A DNA stretch of 64,000 nt from Octopus sinensis (GCF_006345805.1 NC_042999.1:32488001-32552000), one strand, 5' to 3'. Shown: positions 11,600-26,905, counted from the stretch's first letter. Notes: a model not told the origin generated them from the letters alone. Numbers and translations are program-made.

Positions 11600-13690
11600 A
11601 AGAAAGAACAGACACAGATAACACTAAACATGATTCACCCTTCATGAACATGAATTTCAGTAAGGCCAGATTAAAGGAAGTTCAAACTGAAATCATGAAA
11701 ATAAACTGCTCTCAGCATATTGGCAACATCAATGATAACGCGGAAGTGAAGTTTTTGTTAGAGATCTTTCGAAAGCATGCCCCATACAAACTCATCTATC
11801 ACTGCAAGACCTTGATTTCATGAGGTAGATTGAATAATAATGCGTAACAGAATCAAACTAACAAAACAATCTCCCTCCACATGTGAGATTGAGAAGAAAA
11901 TAAAAGAAAAAAATCATTCAACTGGACCTAAAAATATCATTTGAAGGAACAGAGCGCAATGTAGAATATGAAGTATAATCCCAAGTTTTTTTGCCACTTT
12001 CCTAATCAAAAATCATTTACACATAACAATATTGGTCCTCTAATGAACCTAAAATATATCATATGATAATGAGGAATCACAAACATGCACACTCTTGTGT
12101 TAAGGTACAGCATTTTCCCAACACATTATCAAGAAATTCCTAAATAATGCAAACGAATTCTTTGATCCTAAGAATTCAGCTACAGAGACACTTCTAAAAA
12201 GTAAGGAAATTACTGAAGTTGATATTCTTACATTTATTAATGACCTACTTTCAAACTTGATATCAAGATCAGATGGTGTACGAGCAATATTGCTAAAAAC
12301 GTGCAATAACAGCCTTAAAGTTGTTATTTCAAAATCGATAACTACCGACATATTACCAGAAATAATGAATTATGCAATACTAATTCCTATACAGAAAGGA
12401 GGTAGCAGGGCTGAAACAACAAATTATAGACCTGCTTTACTCACATGTCATACATCTGAAATTGTCCTCCGAAATTGTGCCTGAAAAAGAAAAGTTATGT
12501 ATCTTGATGAAACAACCTCTTAGCTAATGCAGAATATGGCTTTGAGACAAGGTGAAGTTACCTCCCGCAACTACTACAATAACATAATAATAGTTTTGGA
12601 CAATATTGACCTTGGAATCTCCTATCGTAGGCAAAAGAGTGTTGTTTTCACAGGAAAACTCGGAGAATAATTCTTTGACTTCCTACAGGGCACGAACTAA
12701 TCTGTTACTGCATACAGTTTACTCTCTACAAAGTCACCTGTAGTAAGTGGTATAGGGTCATTCTCATTTATCATCACACTATTAGGTATAAGCTATGAAG
12801 TACACTCGACTAACATGACGAACTACGCCGATGTCACAAAAAATCAATGGTTATCAATAATGATGCCGTCATAACCCAAAAGGAACTAAACAATATATAT
12901 TAATGGGCAGATAAAATCAAATCGAATACGCATTAATCCTATTATTTCATACCTGATAAAACAATGATTAAGTGGACAAATAACACACGGAAGTAATCTT
13001 GTTAAATGATGCCCCTTTCATTAGCCACATCATGAAAAATACCTGTAAATGCAGATATTTCATAGGACGGATCCTAAGAAAATTCGTAATATGAGAACCG
13101 GGCGTTACGCTTACACTAGCAGAACTTTGTTCTGAGCAGATTAGATTACTTCCCTTTTTCTCACCTAATTTATCCACTATCATAGAGAAGATTGAAGAAT
13201 TGCAAAGAAAGTTCATCAGCAAAATAACTTTGCTTATTATCCTTAATTATTGGGAACGTCAGAAAACACTGAACAGGGAGATATAATATTATATGTGTAT
13301 GCACTATCCTGGAGGATCATATTCCAAACTTCTTGCGCGAATTGGTAGATACTCTGAACTTCCAAACATAACACCTTCGAAAACATGAGCAAAAACGCTC
13401 TGATACCCCTCTTTGATATTCAGAAGTCCTCAATTGTTCAACTGCCTACTCAGAGAAATCACAAATATAAAAAGGACTTCTACTAAAACATTACAAAAAT
13501 ATATTGATTAAAATCCTAAAGGTGATACGGACCAGCCAATCATTGAAGTTTACATTCAAGGACGTTTCGCTATTACACAGTCAATCATAGACCAAACTGC
13601 CAACCATAAAGCTACAACAATTCCTTAAAAGAATTAACTAACGTGGTGCCCTTATATGGCAGCAGCCCTACGATAGCAAACTAAACTAAC
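11600..13690 (+). mobile_element. Old, heavily mutated LINE related to the 55365-58368 element
   Basis: AILLKTC...IPIQKGGSRAETTNYRPALLTCHTS (12280-12460), NYADVTK (~12821), and a 3' tail gtggtgcccttatatggcagcag (13643) resembling the young LINE tail. Many stops and frameshifts. Confidence 0.85.
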
Positions 13691-14505
13691 AGACTTGAAT
13701 AACTCTAAAATTATTTACGGCAGTTAGATATGCATGTTTGGGTCGAGAAAATTTTCTAGGGTAAAAAGACTACGGAATAAGTATACAATAGGAGCTAAGC
13801 TTGTGCGGTAAGAACTTTGCTTCCAAAGAGAGTAGATTTGAGCAGGCATGAATATATCAAGAAAGAATAAGAGAAAACGAAGAAATATTGAATGGAGCCG
13901 TGAAGGAATGGATATGTATAAAAAAGGCATGAATTATGAACCACAAAGATAGGTAGGGATAGGGAGAGTAATGGTACTTTAAGTGTTTCTATAGTAACAA
14001 GCTCTTTCCTCTAACTATAGTTAGACTCTCCTATCGCTGCTGAAATATAAAATATGAAATTTTCCTGATAATTTTCACGCAATAACATAGTTTGTTTCTT
14101 TTCTTTCAAAGGCTGTGTGCACTTGTCCGCCATTTTAATATTCTAGTAACTCCTGAAAGTGATAACGTCGTTGCGCATACGTTTCATGAATGGGTCTTAA
14201 TTTAATATTCACCCGTGACATAACGACTGTTCCAAGATTACATAGTATTATCTTTACATGGGTAACTATCTTCATCGGAGAGTTAGATTTATGTGAATCA
14301 TACTTTTGGATGTGAAACTGAGAGCAGTTTTGTGTGTGTGTGTGTGTGGGTGTGTGTGTGTGTGAGTGAGCGTGTGTGTATGTGCGTGTGTGTGTGCGTG
14401 TGTATAACAGATATGTCCTAAAATTACGTGTGAGAGTAAAATAAATCTCTCCCTCATTCTTTTTATCTTTTTCGTACCGATGTTATATATGCATGCATAA
14501 ATGTA

Positions 14506-15026
<521 letters not shown>

Positions 15027-16264
15027 AACATATATATATATATATATAATATATATATATTATATATATATATATATACATATATCGATGTGCGCATGTG
15101 TGTGTCAATCTGAATGAGTACATGAGTTATAATATTTCTTCATACCTCTCAAGCTCTAGTATTTATAGCTGATCTCTCTACAACAAATGCCGTGTTGTTT
15201 GTCTGAAACGAAAAGTGTATATGTGTCACCTAAATAGGATTTGCCGATTAGTCTTAGAGAGCAACGGAAACATAAGTATGTAACATTGATTACATTTTAT
15301 AGCCTAGAAGAGAAACAATATCGGAAATTCGCCAGAGATTATATTTTATAGCATGTAACCATAGAGACGACATGGAGCTTTGTATATTGAAATAAAAGTG
15401 CATTAAACTGTGAACTCTCCGTATTTCCTCGTGGTTAACATATATGGACGGTTGAGCATAATGTGTAAAATATTGAGCGTAGGGAGAAAGTTCGGTGATG
15501 GGAATAAGCTCTTTACGATATCTTCCGCATTTATATTGTAAATTGCATTATAAGTATCGACATACATTTAGAAATATACACAGGCAGACATGTCCAACTC
15601 CATACTTACAGACAACTATATATACTTGTATGTATGTTCATATGTGTCTGGGAAGTGGTGGTGGATATGTGTGTAGTGTTAAAAGGGACACTCCCTTTGT
15701 GGTTACATATATGCATGTCTGTGTGTATGTGTGTATGTGTGTAGATGATAGATATTGATATATACGCCATTATACACACAATGAATAGAAGTATATATTA
15801 TAATGCCCATATTTACATATTTTAATATACATTTTATCGAATTTTATTCTGTGGTGCAATCAAGTACATTATCTGTTCATTCAACTAATGCGTATTTGTC
15901 TAAGAATTCTATTGCCGCTTGCACTCTTAATGTAATTCTGATGCAAAGAGGCCGTCCTATAGGTTTTTCTGCTGTTTCTTTCTACTCAATTTTCATGTAG
16001 CGCTTGACCGGAAGTAAAGTATAGAAAATGAAATTTATCCTTGATTTATCGCAGATATTGATGCTGGAATCTTATGGTTGCAAGGCTAAGATCTAAACCA
16101 TTCGGCCACAGTGCATTGATATATACGTGTCTGTATTCGTGTTAGTATACATATATATATCTATATATATATATATATATATATATGGCTGTCCACATAG
16201 TGCTTTTTTAACCCTTTAAATACACACACACACACACATACACATACATACATACACACACACA

Positions 16265-16357
<93 letters not shown>

Positions 16358-16360
16358 TAC

Positions 16361-16626
16361 GTGGAGGCGCAATGGCCCAGTGGTTAGGGCAGCGGACTCG
16401 CGGTTGTTGTGTGTGTTTATTGAGCGAAATCACCTAAAAGCTCCATGAGGCTCCGGCAGGGGTGGAGTGATCCCTGTTGTACTCTTTCACCACTCTTTCT
16501 CTCACTCTTTCTTCTGTTGGCCTGCTCGCTTAGCCAGCGGGGTGGCGTCATTCGAAGGCTAAAACAATGCGAACGCATTGTGACCAGCGATGTGTAGCAA
16601 CATCTGATGGTCTGGTCGGTCACGTG
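16361..16626 (+). mobile_element. tRNA-derived SINE family B (internal deletion in head), tail ending cacgtg, 12-bp TSD
   Basis: ggcgcaatggcccagtggttagggcagcgg head. TSD atatatgaatac at 16349-16360 and 16627-16638. Confidence 0.88.
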
Positions 16627-16644
16627 ATATATGAATACATTCTT

Positions 16645-16900
16645 GTGGAGGCGAGTGGCTTAGTGGATAGGGTGTCAGCATCATGAGCGTAAGATTGTGG
16701 TTTCGATTCCTGGAACGGCAACGCGTTGTGTTCTTGAGCAAAGCACTTCATTTCACGTTACTCCAGTACACTCAGCTGACAAGAATGAGTGAACATGTGA
16801 TGGACTGGCGTCCTTGTCCAGATGGGGAACACATACGCCATTGAAACCGGGAAACCGGGCCCATGTGCCTGGCTAGGCTTTAAAAGGGTGCATTTATTTA
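16645..16900 (+). mobile_element. tRNA-derived SINE family C
   Basis: tggcttagtggatag (A box), ggtttcgattcc (B box), gtgttcttgagcaaagcacttcatttcacgttactccag body shared with the 24065, 32830 and 58840 copies. Confidence 0.8.
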
Positions 16901-17948
16901 TTTTATGTATACATGCTTACATATATGCATACATACACATATAACTGTGTGTATACCTACATATGTGTGTTTTGCTGCACATGTATTTGTGTGTACATGT
17001 GTGTTATAGTGTGTGTTTTTGTATGTATGTGTGCTGGACTGAAAAATTATGTGTTTTTTTATAGCTTTCTTAAGATTATCGTTTTGGATGTTTGGAAGTA
17101 TTATGCTCCGTAACGCAGCAACGATATATCCTGTATATCATACAGGGATATTTTTCAAGACGTTGGTGTTTCTTGACATTCACGTATAAATATATCGCTG
17201 GTCTAGCTAACCTAACTCGTTGCACTAGCTTCTGTAAAGGACAGATTCACAACTTCGGAGAAAAGGAATGCGGAAATTTAGAAACGTAGATATTCTATTT
17301 CGAATTATTACTGTTTTATATTTCCAGGCAAGCACCAAGGAATTCCTGCATAGAACAGCATTAATTCAAAAGAACTAAGATATGTTTTGCTTGTAGTAAA
17401 AAATGTAATTGAAAAGTTGTTTGTTATATTTCACGCGAGGAAACTGCTAGTGTATATGCTGCCTAAAACTTCATTGATGACCATATTCTTTTTCAAATAC
17501 AGCACAATAGAACACCTAGATAACACTTCTCTTTCTCTGCATCTCTCTCTCTCTCTCTCTCACTCACTCACTCTCACACTTACACAAACATACATGTTCT
17601 CTCTCTCTCTCTCTAACTCTCTCTGCAGCTCACTGTCAATCTCTTTCTATTTTCCCTCTCAAACAATAGCACAACGGTGAAAGGATTGTAAACATTTTCT
17701 TTTATAGATCATCTCTCACCCCAGAGCTAAGAGTATTTACAGAGAGAATGATGTGATTTAGTTCCGAAACATATACGACATGATCAGAAAATGCCAAAAC
17801 AAAAATACTTCAAACTTTTTAATAACAAGAGATATCTTAAGTTCAATATTTGCGAAATGAGGAATTGTGTACATTATTTATATTATTTACATTTGACGGA
17901 TATTTGTCCTCGTGTAGTTTTTTGTTAACACAACGTTTCGGCTGATAT

Positions 17949-18146
17949 ACAGAGAGGACAAACAAAGACAGATAAACGGATTAAGTCGATTATATCGACC
18001 CCAGTGAGTAACTGGTACTTATTTGATCGACCCCGAACGGATGAAAGGCAAAGTCAACCTCGGCGGAATTTGAACTCAGAACGTAACGGTAGACGAAATA
18101 CCGCTAAGGATTTTCCCAGCGTGCCAATGATTCTGGCAGCATGCAG
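17949..18146 (-). mobile_element. SINE family A, tail type 2
   Basis: Homologous to 9175-9386 and 59149-59380. Confidence 0.88.
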
Positions 18147-18238
18147 CCCTAAAATCCAGACGATTACAGAAAAGCAATGCCCTACAAAAGGTTGTCATTG
18201 TGACCAAAACAGAAGCCGGGGAAAGAAAACGAAATAGT

Positions 18239-18552
18239 TTAAAACTATGGTTAATGTATAGATCCGCGCCCGGGTGGGAAAATGGAAAAGAAAATGTGTA
18301 ACAGGTGTAAGGAATCGTATTTTGAAGGAATATGACGAAAAAAAAAGCGCGCTGACAAAGGGGTGGGTGGGGAGGTGGCTCGGAAAATTCCCACGAACAA
18401 CCGTAGAGGATCCGAGCAGTAAACCTCAACACCCGGTCGCAGGAGGTTTTTTTCGTCATATTCCTTCAATATACGATACCTTACACCTGTTACACATATT
18501 CTTTTCCATTTTCCCTTCCGGGCGCGGATCTATATATTAACTACAGTTTTAA
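18239..18552. mobile_element. MITE with 106-bp terminal inverted repeats and TTAA ends
   Basis: 18239-18344 vs 18447-18552: 8 mismatches in 106 by eye. TTAA-AA...TT-TTAA ends; ~102-bp GC-rich spacer. Confidence 0.85.
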
Positions 18553-19919
18553 TATAACAAGTAACGGAGGTGACACACCGTGTTGCATAAATTTGTACTT
18601 TTTGGTGTACTTCTCAAAATCCAGCTATAACGTAAGATGATATGTTTGGCAAACATCTGATCAAATGTATGTTCGTTCCACACAAAGAAGCTATTAGAGT
18701 ATGACTGTGATACGTATTACAAGTTTGTTTGTTTTGTTTTTTTTGTATCAGAACTATTGCAGAAATGATCGGGCCGCAATTGTACGAGGCGGGTTTTGTA
18801 TTGGCCTTTATTTCTGTGAACATAATTGCAAATATTACGTAGATTGTAGTGTTGTTTGTAATATAGATCAGTAAATCAAAACTTTAACGCTATACGAATG
18901 ATTTGAACCTGAGATAAGGATTTGCTATTGGACTTGATACCTGTAACCTTTGCTATCGTGATTTAAAATCATATCTCTAAGAGTTCCTAAGTCTTACAGT
19001 ATGCACTATGGAATATATTTGTATACCAATTATAGAGAAAATGGTAATCAGTCACATTTTATGTCATTCATCGAGTGGGCGTTGTTGGATTGTGCGTACT
19101 AGAACATATAATTTTAGCTAATTTAATTAATTTTATGCTCTTATAAGTAAACGGCATACAGTAGAAATATTCATTTTATGACGGCCAAAGCAAAAAAGAA
19201 AATGTCAGTTACGCAGGTGTTTGTGTTAATACCAGTATTGATTATTAGTCTTCCCTTGCTGGGAAAGTTTTAAAGATGCACTCATTGGAAAGTAATTACA
19301 TTTTTTAGCAGAACACTCTTCATTATATTTAAAATAGCCATTTAGAATAAAAGGAGTCATGAAATATTATACATAAACGTGTAACGAATATTAATTTATT
19401 CACGTACCATATGTGCATCGTCACTTGTGAAACTTCGAATCATTTATATTAGAAAACACATTTCTAGAGTTAACATTGAAAAGGAAAAGGTTCTGTAAAA
19501 CTTCCTTATAAATAACAGTCCACAAATAGCGGGCGAAAAATTGGAAGGGGAAGAAATGCAGTGTATTGAGAGAGAAACAAAATAATCTGCTCTTCCTGGG
19601 TTATTGAAATTTTTTCTAGAATTTTAACCTAGGACAACACTTGGTTAGAAAAGTTAAATTACTTACGACCGAACTGTGACAACCAGGCGCACATAAACAC
19701 CTAAGACATGTGTTTGCTTGTTCGGTAAGATTGCTCTACGACAAAAGAGAAATTAATTCGGTATTTTGCCCAATGTTTACATAACACAAATATATTTAAA
19801 AATTAAGTTTAAATATACAAATGAAGAATAAATGTGCATAAACAATATAGTATTCCTATATGTTCGTAATTGATGACTCGGAGTGCATACATACTAATGT
19901 ATACATATGTATATATATA

Positions 19920-19977
<58 letters not shown>

Positions 19978-20642
19978 TTTATGCATTCCAAAACCGATTT
20001 ACAGGTTTTGACGTATGGGATATCAACAGATTCAGTACTATTTCGGCTACAAATTAAACTTAATTTCCATTCACATATTTGCATTTCAAAATGTTAACAT
20101 AATGTCTTCCATAAATCAACTAGCGTAGACATATTATACGAAGACGTCACATTTTCTATAAGTGTGTGTACCTTAAGAGACATCAATCATCACGACACAC
20201 ACCTTCACTCACTCAGTCTATCTCTCTTTTTCACTCTCCTTTCTCTCTCACACATATTCGCGCACACGCAAACACGTGACCATTTCATACAGGCGTACAT
20301 ACATATTTCACTTACTTTCTCTGTCCTTTTCGCTTTCTCTTTCAGTTTCTACTCTCTTCAAATAAAGTTTTACGGAATGAGAGTGAGAAACACAGAAAAG
20401 ACGTAATCTCTCCAGAAACAAGTATAAAGCAAGGAGAATGGTAGAAAACCGAAAGCAAGACTCTGAAGAGAGATGAGATTTTCTGAAGATCAGCAAATGC
20501 ATGTTGCAGCACATAATGCCGGATCATTACGCCGACGTCAAAGTACAAGGGCAAGTCTATAACCTATTTGGTTCCCTCTTACCTACACATGAACAACCAC
20601 AATTTCTCTAAATTTACTTTATGAGTGATGTAGTACAACAAA

Positions 20643-21026
20643 GAGGCGCAATGGCCCAGCGGTTAGGGCAGCGGACTCGCGGTCATAGGATCGCGGTTTC
20701 GATTCCCAGACCGGGCGTTGTGAGTGTTTATTGAGCGACAACATCTAAAAGTTCCACGAGGCTCCGGCAGGGGATGGTGGTGATCCCTGCTGTACTCTTT
20801 CACCACAACTTTCTCTCACTCTTATTTTTTCCTGTTTCTGTTGTACCTGTATTTCAAAGGGCCGGCCTTGTCACTCTCTGTGTCACGCTGAATATCCCCT
20901 GAACTACGTTAAGGGTACACGTGTCTCTGGAGTGCTCAGCCACTTACACGTTAATTTCACGAGCAGGCTGTTCCGTTGATTCGGATCAACCGGAATCCTC
21001 GTCGTTCTAACCGACGGAGTGCTTCC
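20643..21026 (+). mobile_element. Full-length SINE family B with an alternative 3' tail
   Basis: Intact A/B boxes (tggcccagcggttag; ggtttcgattccc). Imperfect TSD gtagtacaacaaa (20630-42) / gcagtacaagaaa (21027-39). Confidence 0.88.
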
Positions 21027-21384
21027 GCAGTACAAGAAACCCGATGATGGGTCGTGTTAGACAAAGCGATGACTGCTGCAAAAGAGAGTATATCCACTGA
21101 CAGATTTTCGGTGCGTTAAAAAAAGGCATAACCCCACCTCTAATTTTCCATGACAGTTTAGGGCCTGAAATACTCCAAACGGACGCATAGCATGTTGCTT
21201 AGTCGAATTAGTCCAGCATTTACCTTACAAATGTTTTGTTGTCAATGCTGCACTTTCCCATACCACCTGTTTCAACATAACTGTAATATATTATCTACAA
21301 ACTATGCGATTTTGCTCCCGAACAAAGCCGGGTATCTTGCTAGTATATACAGACACGCGCGCGCACACACAGACACACACACAA

Positions 21385-21438
<54 letters not shown>

Positions 21439-21652
21439 CCTTCCACACACACCAGCTTAACTTAATTCGTCGTTAGTCGAAAGACACTTGTTAACGTCCT
21501 GTTGTTTGCATTTTGTATTAGTGTACCATTTCTCCGTTTTTTCCGTCCTTGTTTTTTTCTTTTTTCTTGTTCCTTTTTGTATCATCTGTCTCGATGATTT
21601 GTTTTTGCTTCTTGCTTTCTTGTTCCATTTTTTGTGTTCTTTTATATACATA

Positions 21653-21747
<95 letters not shown>

Positions 21748-24064
21748 GTGTGTGTGTGTGTGTGTGTATGTATATGTGTATATGTATATGTTTGTAAACG
21801 TGCATGCATGGTGTCATTAGGCTGGTAGGTAGGAAAGTAAGTAGATATATGAAAAGCAGATATATTTAACCTTCAGCATAGTCACATCTCTACATTCTTT
21901 ACTCAAACATAGTGTTAATGTATACTTAGAAGTAGAGAAATAAGTACTGTTCGATACTGAATATGAATAACATCACATATCGAGATAAAGATAAAATAAA
22001 AAGTTTAGAATATAAATACATGTCAAAGTGTTGCAATGAACAAAAACACGATTTTATATTTTATTATAAACGCAAAATTCACGCCCTCTTTGAGAAAAAA
22101 TACACTTCAAAGCAGCATTGAACAGTATAGTCAATGAAAATGGGTGTGCTCAGATAACACGATTTCATTTGGAAGCTATTAAACAGCGATGTCAATCAGC
22201 GTATTTCTCATAATCCTGATAATACTAAAAAACAAATCAATAATTTTTATTGCTTGAACATGAAGGAAAATCAGAGATTCAATATACAAGGATAATATTC
22301 GAGAGATAGGTACTGAATTAAACCCGTTCTCAATCAACATTTGTGATCAGTATTTCTTCGTTTTGCAGTTGGCATTCATTATTCTAATTATTGATTTTTG
22401 ACCGATGTGCAAATGAGATTCTGTTGTATTTAAGTAATCCTGCTATCTAGGTTTGCCCTTTCATCTTTCTTTTATGCCTTCTGTAAAGGCTGCAACCTCT
22501 TTACCTCGCCATATATGACAAAAAAAGGCAATTGTTGAAAAGCCATGTGTAAACTTTGTAGATGTCACAAAGAGCATTGTACGAATGATATTCTATAATG
22601 TTGCATGCCATTCAATATTCGTCGGAAATATGAGCAGATTCTCGAACAATTACCTGTTGGATAAGTCATATTTAGAACGCATAACAAAAATTACATTTCA
22701 GTTATATCTTATACATGAATTCCATCGTTTATCGTGAAAACATCAGCTGCTGGGTTACCCACACAATTGCTCAGTTGGGCGTCGAAACTGTTTCTCGATT
22801 CAAAATAGATTGTAATATTAAAAAATAAAAGTAAGGTAGCTACAAATGCTTCAGAAATTGTTATGGAGTCTCCTTCAAATACTTATTCCGCCATTAGTTT
22901 GTTCAAAGACAATTCACACCAAACGAAGCAATTTTATCGACATACTAAATATGAGAGTATAAGGATAAAATGTATAAACCTGTCATTTAAAGGAATAAAT
23001 CATTTGTATTTTTAATAATATAGGAGAGGCATATATATTAAATGCTCATAAAAATGAATTAACTGGGAATAAAGCAGTTGAAATTTCACTGAAGATATAG
23101 TATCAGAAATTATGATGCCGAGAATTGTCTGGCAAACTTGCCGAAAGGATTGAAATAATATTATACAGACATAAAAAGTCTCCTTCTCACTACAAAATTA
23201 TTTGTAATTGGATTTTAATGTTCGCTATATTCAAAATATTACTATCCATTAAGTAACAGAGTAACGAACTGAAAGCTGCACACAAAAACCGCTTAATTAC
23301 TTAAATTTATGTGTACGTCTATGAAATATATTTAAGAAGTTGCAACAAAGGTTTTGGACTCTAAAAGGAAAGAGGAGACATAATCAAGACATTACAAATT
23401 CGGATTCTAGTGTCGACTTGTTATCTTAAGTAATTACAGAGAGGGTAGATAGCTGTTTCTAGACAACAGCCAATTTCGTTGTATGTTTCAGTCTAATCGA
23501 TGTCCTCAGTATATTCAAGACTGAAAAGAGACTGAAGAACAGTGAATGAATGTCTTCATATTCATAAACGTTTCATAAGACACTTCAACAATTTACCTAT
23601 TGGAAAATTAAAACGAACGGAAATAAATCAGATGGACAAGTTGTATCAATTTCTGCAATGTTTTTCGAAAGTGATGTAGAAAGTTCCGGTCACAAAAATA
23701 TCTTAAGTTAATTAAACACTAATTATGCTTTATAGCTGACTTTCTTTTCTCCCTTTAACATTAAATATACATGTCGAGTGACACTTTCCTTAATTAAACA
23801 CAAGTATAAGTAAAGATTGGCCTGGACGGAATTCTTTAGGCAGATTTTTCGGGGTTTTTTTTTTCTTTTTTGAGAGCCATCATAGACCATGATATAGTTT
23901 TAGATTTAGATAGAATTGTGATTTTAATTGAAATAGGTTAGTTGTACTGTATTACACAAAGTAGAATCTCAATGACACGTCGTATGAAACATTCCCTAAA
24001 TACTCAAATGGGGTATGCATTTTGCAACACAAAAACGAATATTAGTAATGTAGGTAGTACAAGT

Positions 24065-24403
24065 GAAGGCGCATGGCACAGTGGTTAGAGTGTCGGGCTC
24101 ACAATCATGAGGTAATGAATTCGATTAACGGACAATAGTTTTGTGATGTGTTTTTGAGTAAGACTTCACGTTGCTCCAATTCCTGCATCTGTATAATTGA
24201 GTTGCAATGTCACTGGTGTCAAACTGTATCGGACTTTGCTTTACTCTGGATGGCATTGGTGATGTGGAGAGGGGCAGATGATATACATGGGTGAATGCTG
24301 ATTTTTCATAAGCAACCTTGCCTAGACTTGTGCCTCGGACGAAAACTTTGTAGGGGCAATCCCATGGTCATGCATGACCGAAGGGTGTCTTTACACTTTA
24401 ACC
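24065..24403 (+). mobile_element. tRNA-derived SINE (family C-like head, distinct tail)
   Basis: ggcgcatggcacagtggttagag head; cttcacgttgctcca body. Confidence 0.75.
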
Positions 24404-26633
24404 TAGTTAGTAAAGACAACTATTATTTTATTTTATAAGCCACACAGTCACTACCTATCTACAGATTTATTATCAATTTTGATTTAATCATATTAGATTT
24501 AACGTTATATAAATTGCTTTGCTTTCAAGCAAAGACTATAAAATTACAACGGAAAATTACCTTCACGTACAGTTATGGGTCCCTATAAAATATAATTGTT
24601 GAGAGTTGTATGTATTTTGCATGTTAAGCACATCTAAATTTGAATTGTCTACAGTTACAAATTGAACTTTCAAACATATATGGATAAATGGTCGTTATAA
24701 AGGTTCCATTTAAATTGTAACATGACTATAAACAAGACCGCTTCTTTAAAAGTATTTTGGTAAATATTATAAAAGAAGATGACAACTCTAGAAGCATTTT
24801 TCTTAGAACATACTTTCATAAATACTGTTAATGAAATGAGTTAGTAGTTTTTTCAGTAATACGTAAAAGAAATAAGACACTTTGTTTTCATTGTATCACA
24901 AATATCAAGAGAGCCCTATATTTCAACTGATGCGAATTTCTAAAGTATATAAATAAACAAGAGGAACCTATGGAGAGTGTGATAAATTCTCATAGCAGCT
25001 ATAACTTTCCATCTTGTCAAACTTCGCGGCTTATCTGTTATGATTGCGGATTAAGCTACATTATCTCTGAGTAAATCCCAAATAAACTTTGGTAAATATT
25101 ATTCATAACCAACCCGTATAATTTCGCGGAACATATATCTGCTGTCATATCGGTTATATCTGAGCCATCAGTTTATTCATGATAGCAATTACAAAGCATT
25201 CTTAGCAAATGGCAACATTATATATGCAAAAGCATTCAGTGTGAATTTCATAGAAATTCCGACAAATCGACTCATGTCATGCAGTTCCTAGGGTAATAAG
25301 TAGATATAGACTGACAGATTCACGAAAATAAAAGCCAGTTACTTTGTTGCTACACATTTCCTCATTTTAGTATATAAACGTTCCATTCCGCCATTTCCAA
25401 TGCATACAATGATCACAGCTTTGACAGTCACAGTTAGGAGTAAAGAGTTACAAACTGGAAATCATTTATCTTTTATTTTATCTTTTCCTACCGCTTTTAG
25501 AGAGTGGGCTCAATACATATGCAAAATACGCTTTTTAAAAATTTCAATCATGTTTAGTTGTACAGATTTGTATATAATGTCTCCTCATGGCATTAAGCTG
25601 CTTTTAACACTAATGTATCAAGTATGAACGCTTGCACAGAGAGAGAGAGAGAGAGATATGGGGAGAAAGAGACAGAAAGAGACAGCGAGTAAGACATATA
25701 GACACACAGAGAGACGCACAGATACAGAAATACTTTTTTTTCAGTTTAAAACATCTTCTTTAACAATCGTTTTATACCTGTTCTGCTTGCTCCATGCATA
25801 TAGATATATAATCATTTTTTTAACATTGAATGCAAGGTCTTTATCTTAGGACAAGATAGTATTTTAAGAGAAAGCGCATATTTTCATGATATTGAAAGCA
25901 GAGTTCTTATAATTTGAAGAAGAATGATTTTTGTTTTGTTTTTTCCACACATTAATGTGTTTATGAACTCAACTTCACTGATTGAAATATATTTCTGTAA
26001 TATTAACATGCATTATATCGATAAATCTGCAAAGTTGATGCAGGAACACATCTGTCACATATATGCACGAACTCACACAATTTTACAAATGCACACGTCC
26101 ACACATATTCTTTTTTATCATTCTCATTATATATATGTATATATATATATATATATATATGAAACAACATACAGCTTACATCCGCACACACACATATATA
26201 CATGGATGCAGTGACCGTGCATTTGTACGCGAGTGCATATGCACATATGTTCCTTAACTAAAAGCAGACAAATACATAAAACAGAATTATATAATGTATA
26301 ACGGAAGGCAGTGACACTAAAAAACTTTGTATATGTACTTGTGTGTTTGTGTGTGTACAAATGTATGTATGTGGCATATATGTGTGTATGTGGGTAAATG
26401 CATACTCACACATACATACATATATATATATATACATATATTTACAGAAAAACAAACGATGAAGACAGGTGTATAAACAACTAGCAGGTGTATTAGTTTA
26501 ACACTCGAGAAGGTGAGAAAGTATTTTACGTTTCGTGCCTACACTCTTCAACGGAAAGCAATACGAGAAAATAAACAGAGAGAGAATATAAAAAAAAAGC
26601 TTTAGCGGTTAGTGGTCATTCATGGTGGCTGCC

Positions 26634-26688
<55 letters not shown>

Positions 26689-26694
26689 ATATAT

Positions 26695-26727
<33 letters not shown>

Positions 26728-26905
26728 TATATATGTATGTATGTATATATTGACAGGGCAAGACTGCTAGGTGGTCGACCGTATGCAAGAAATAGATCAT
26801 CAACGATCAAACTACGAAGAACGTTCTCTAGAGGAAAAGTTCAGCGAACACCAGAAACAAATTAGGCGGGTAAGATAGATGAAAATTTATATAAAAAACA
26901 GAATT

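Noticed and set aside
14221-14283. Minus-strand CCGAUGA...GGAA CAGUCG motif
   Set aside because: GAAA is mutated and stem I does not pair; at most a dead hammerhead.
16361-16420. tRNA-like sequences at SINE heads as tRNA genes
   Set aside because: No complete cloverleaf; they continue into SINE bodies and have TSDs.
17870-17950. acaacgtttcggctgatatac, a possible 3' half of a minus-strand hammerhead
   Set aside because: The CUGANGA half is absent (a SINE begins at 17949), so it cannot be verified.
23445-23515. Minus-strand CUGAGGA with downstream GAAA sites
   Set aside because: No stem II or stem I pairing in either register.
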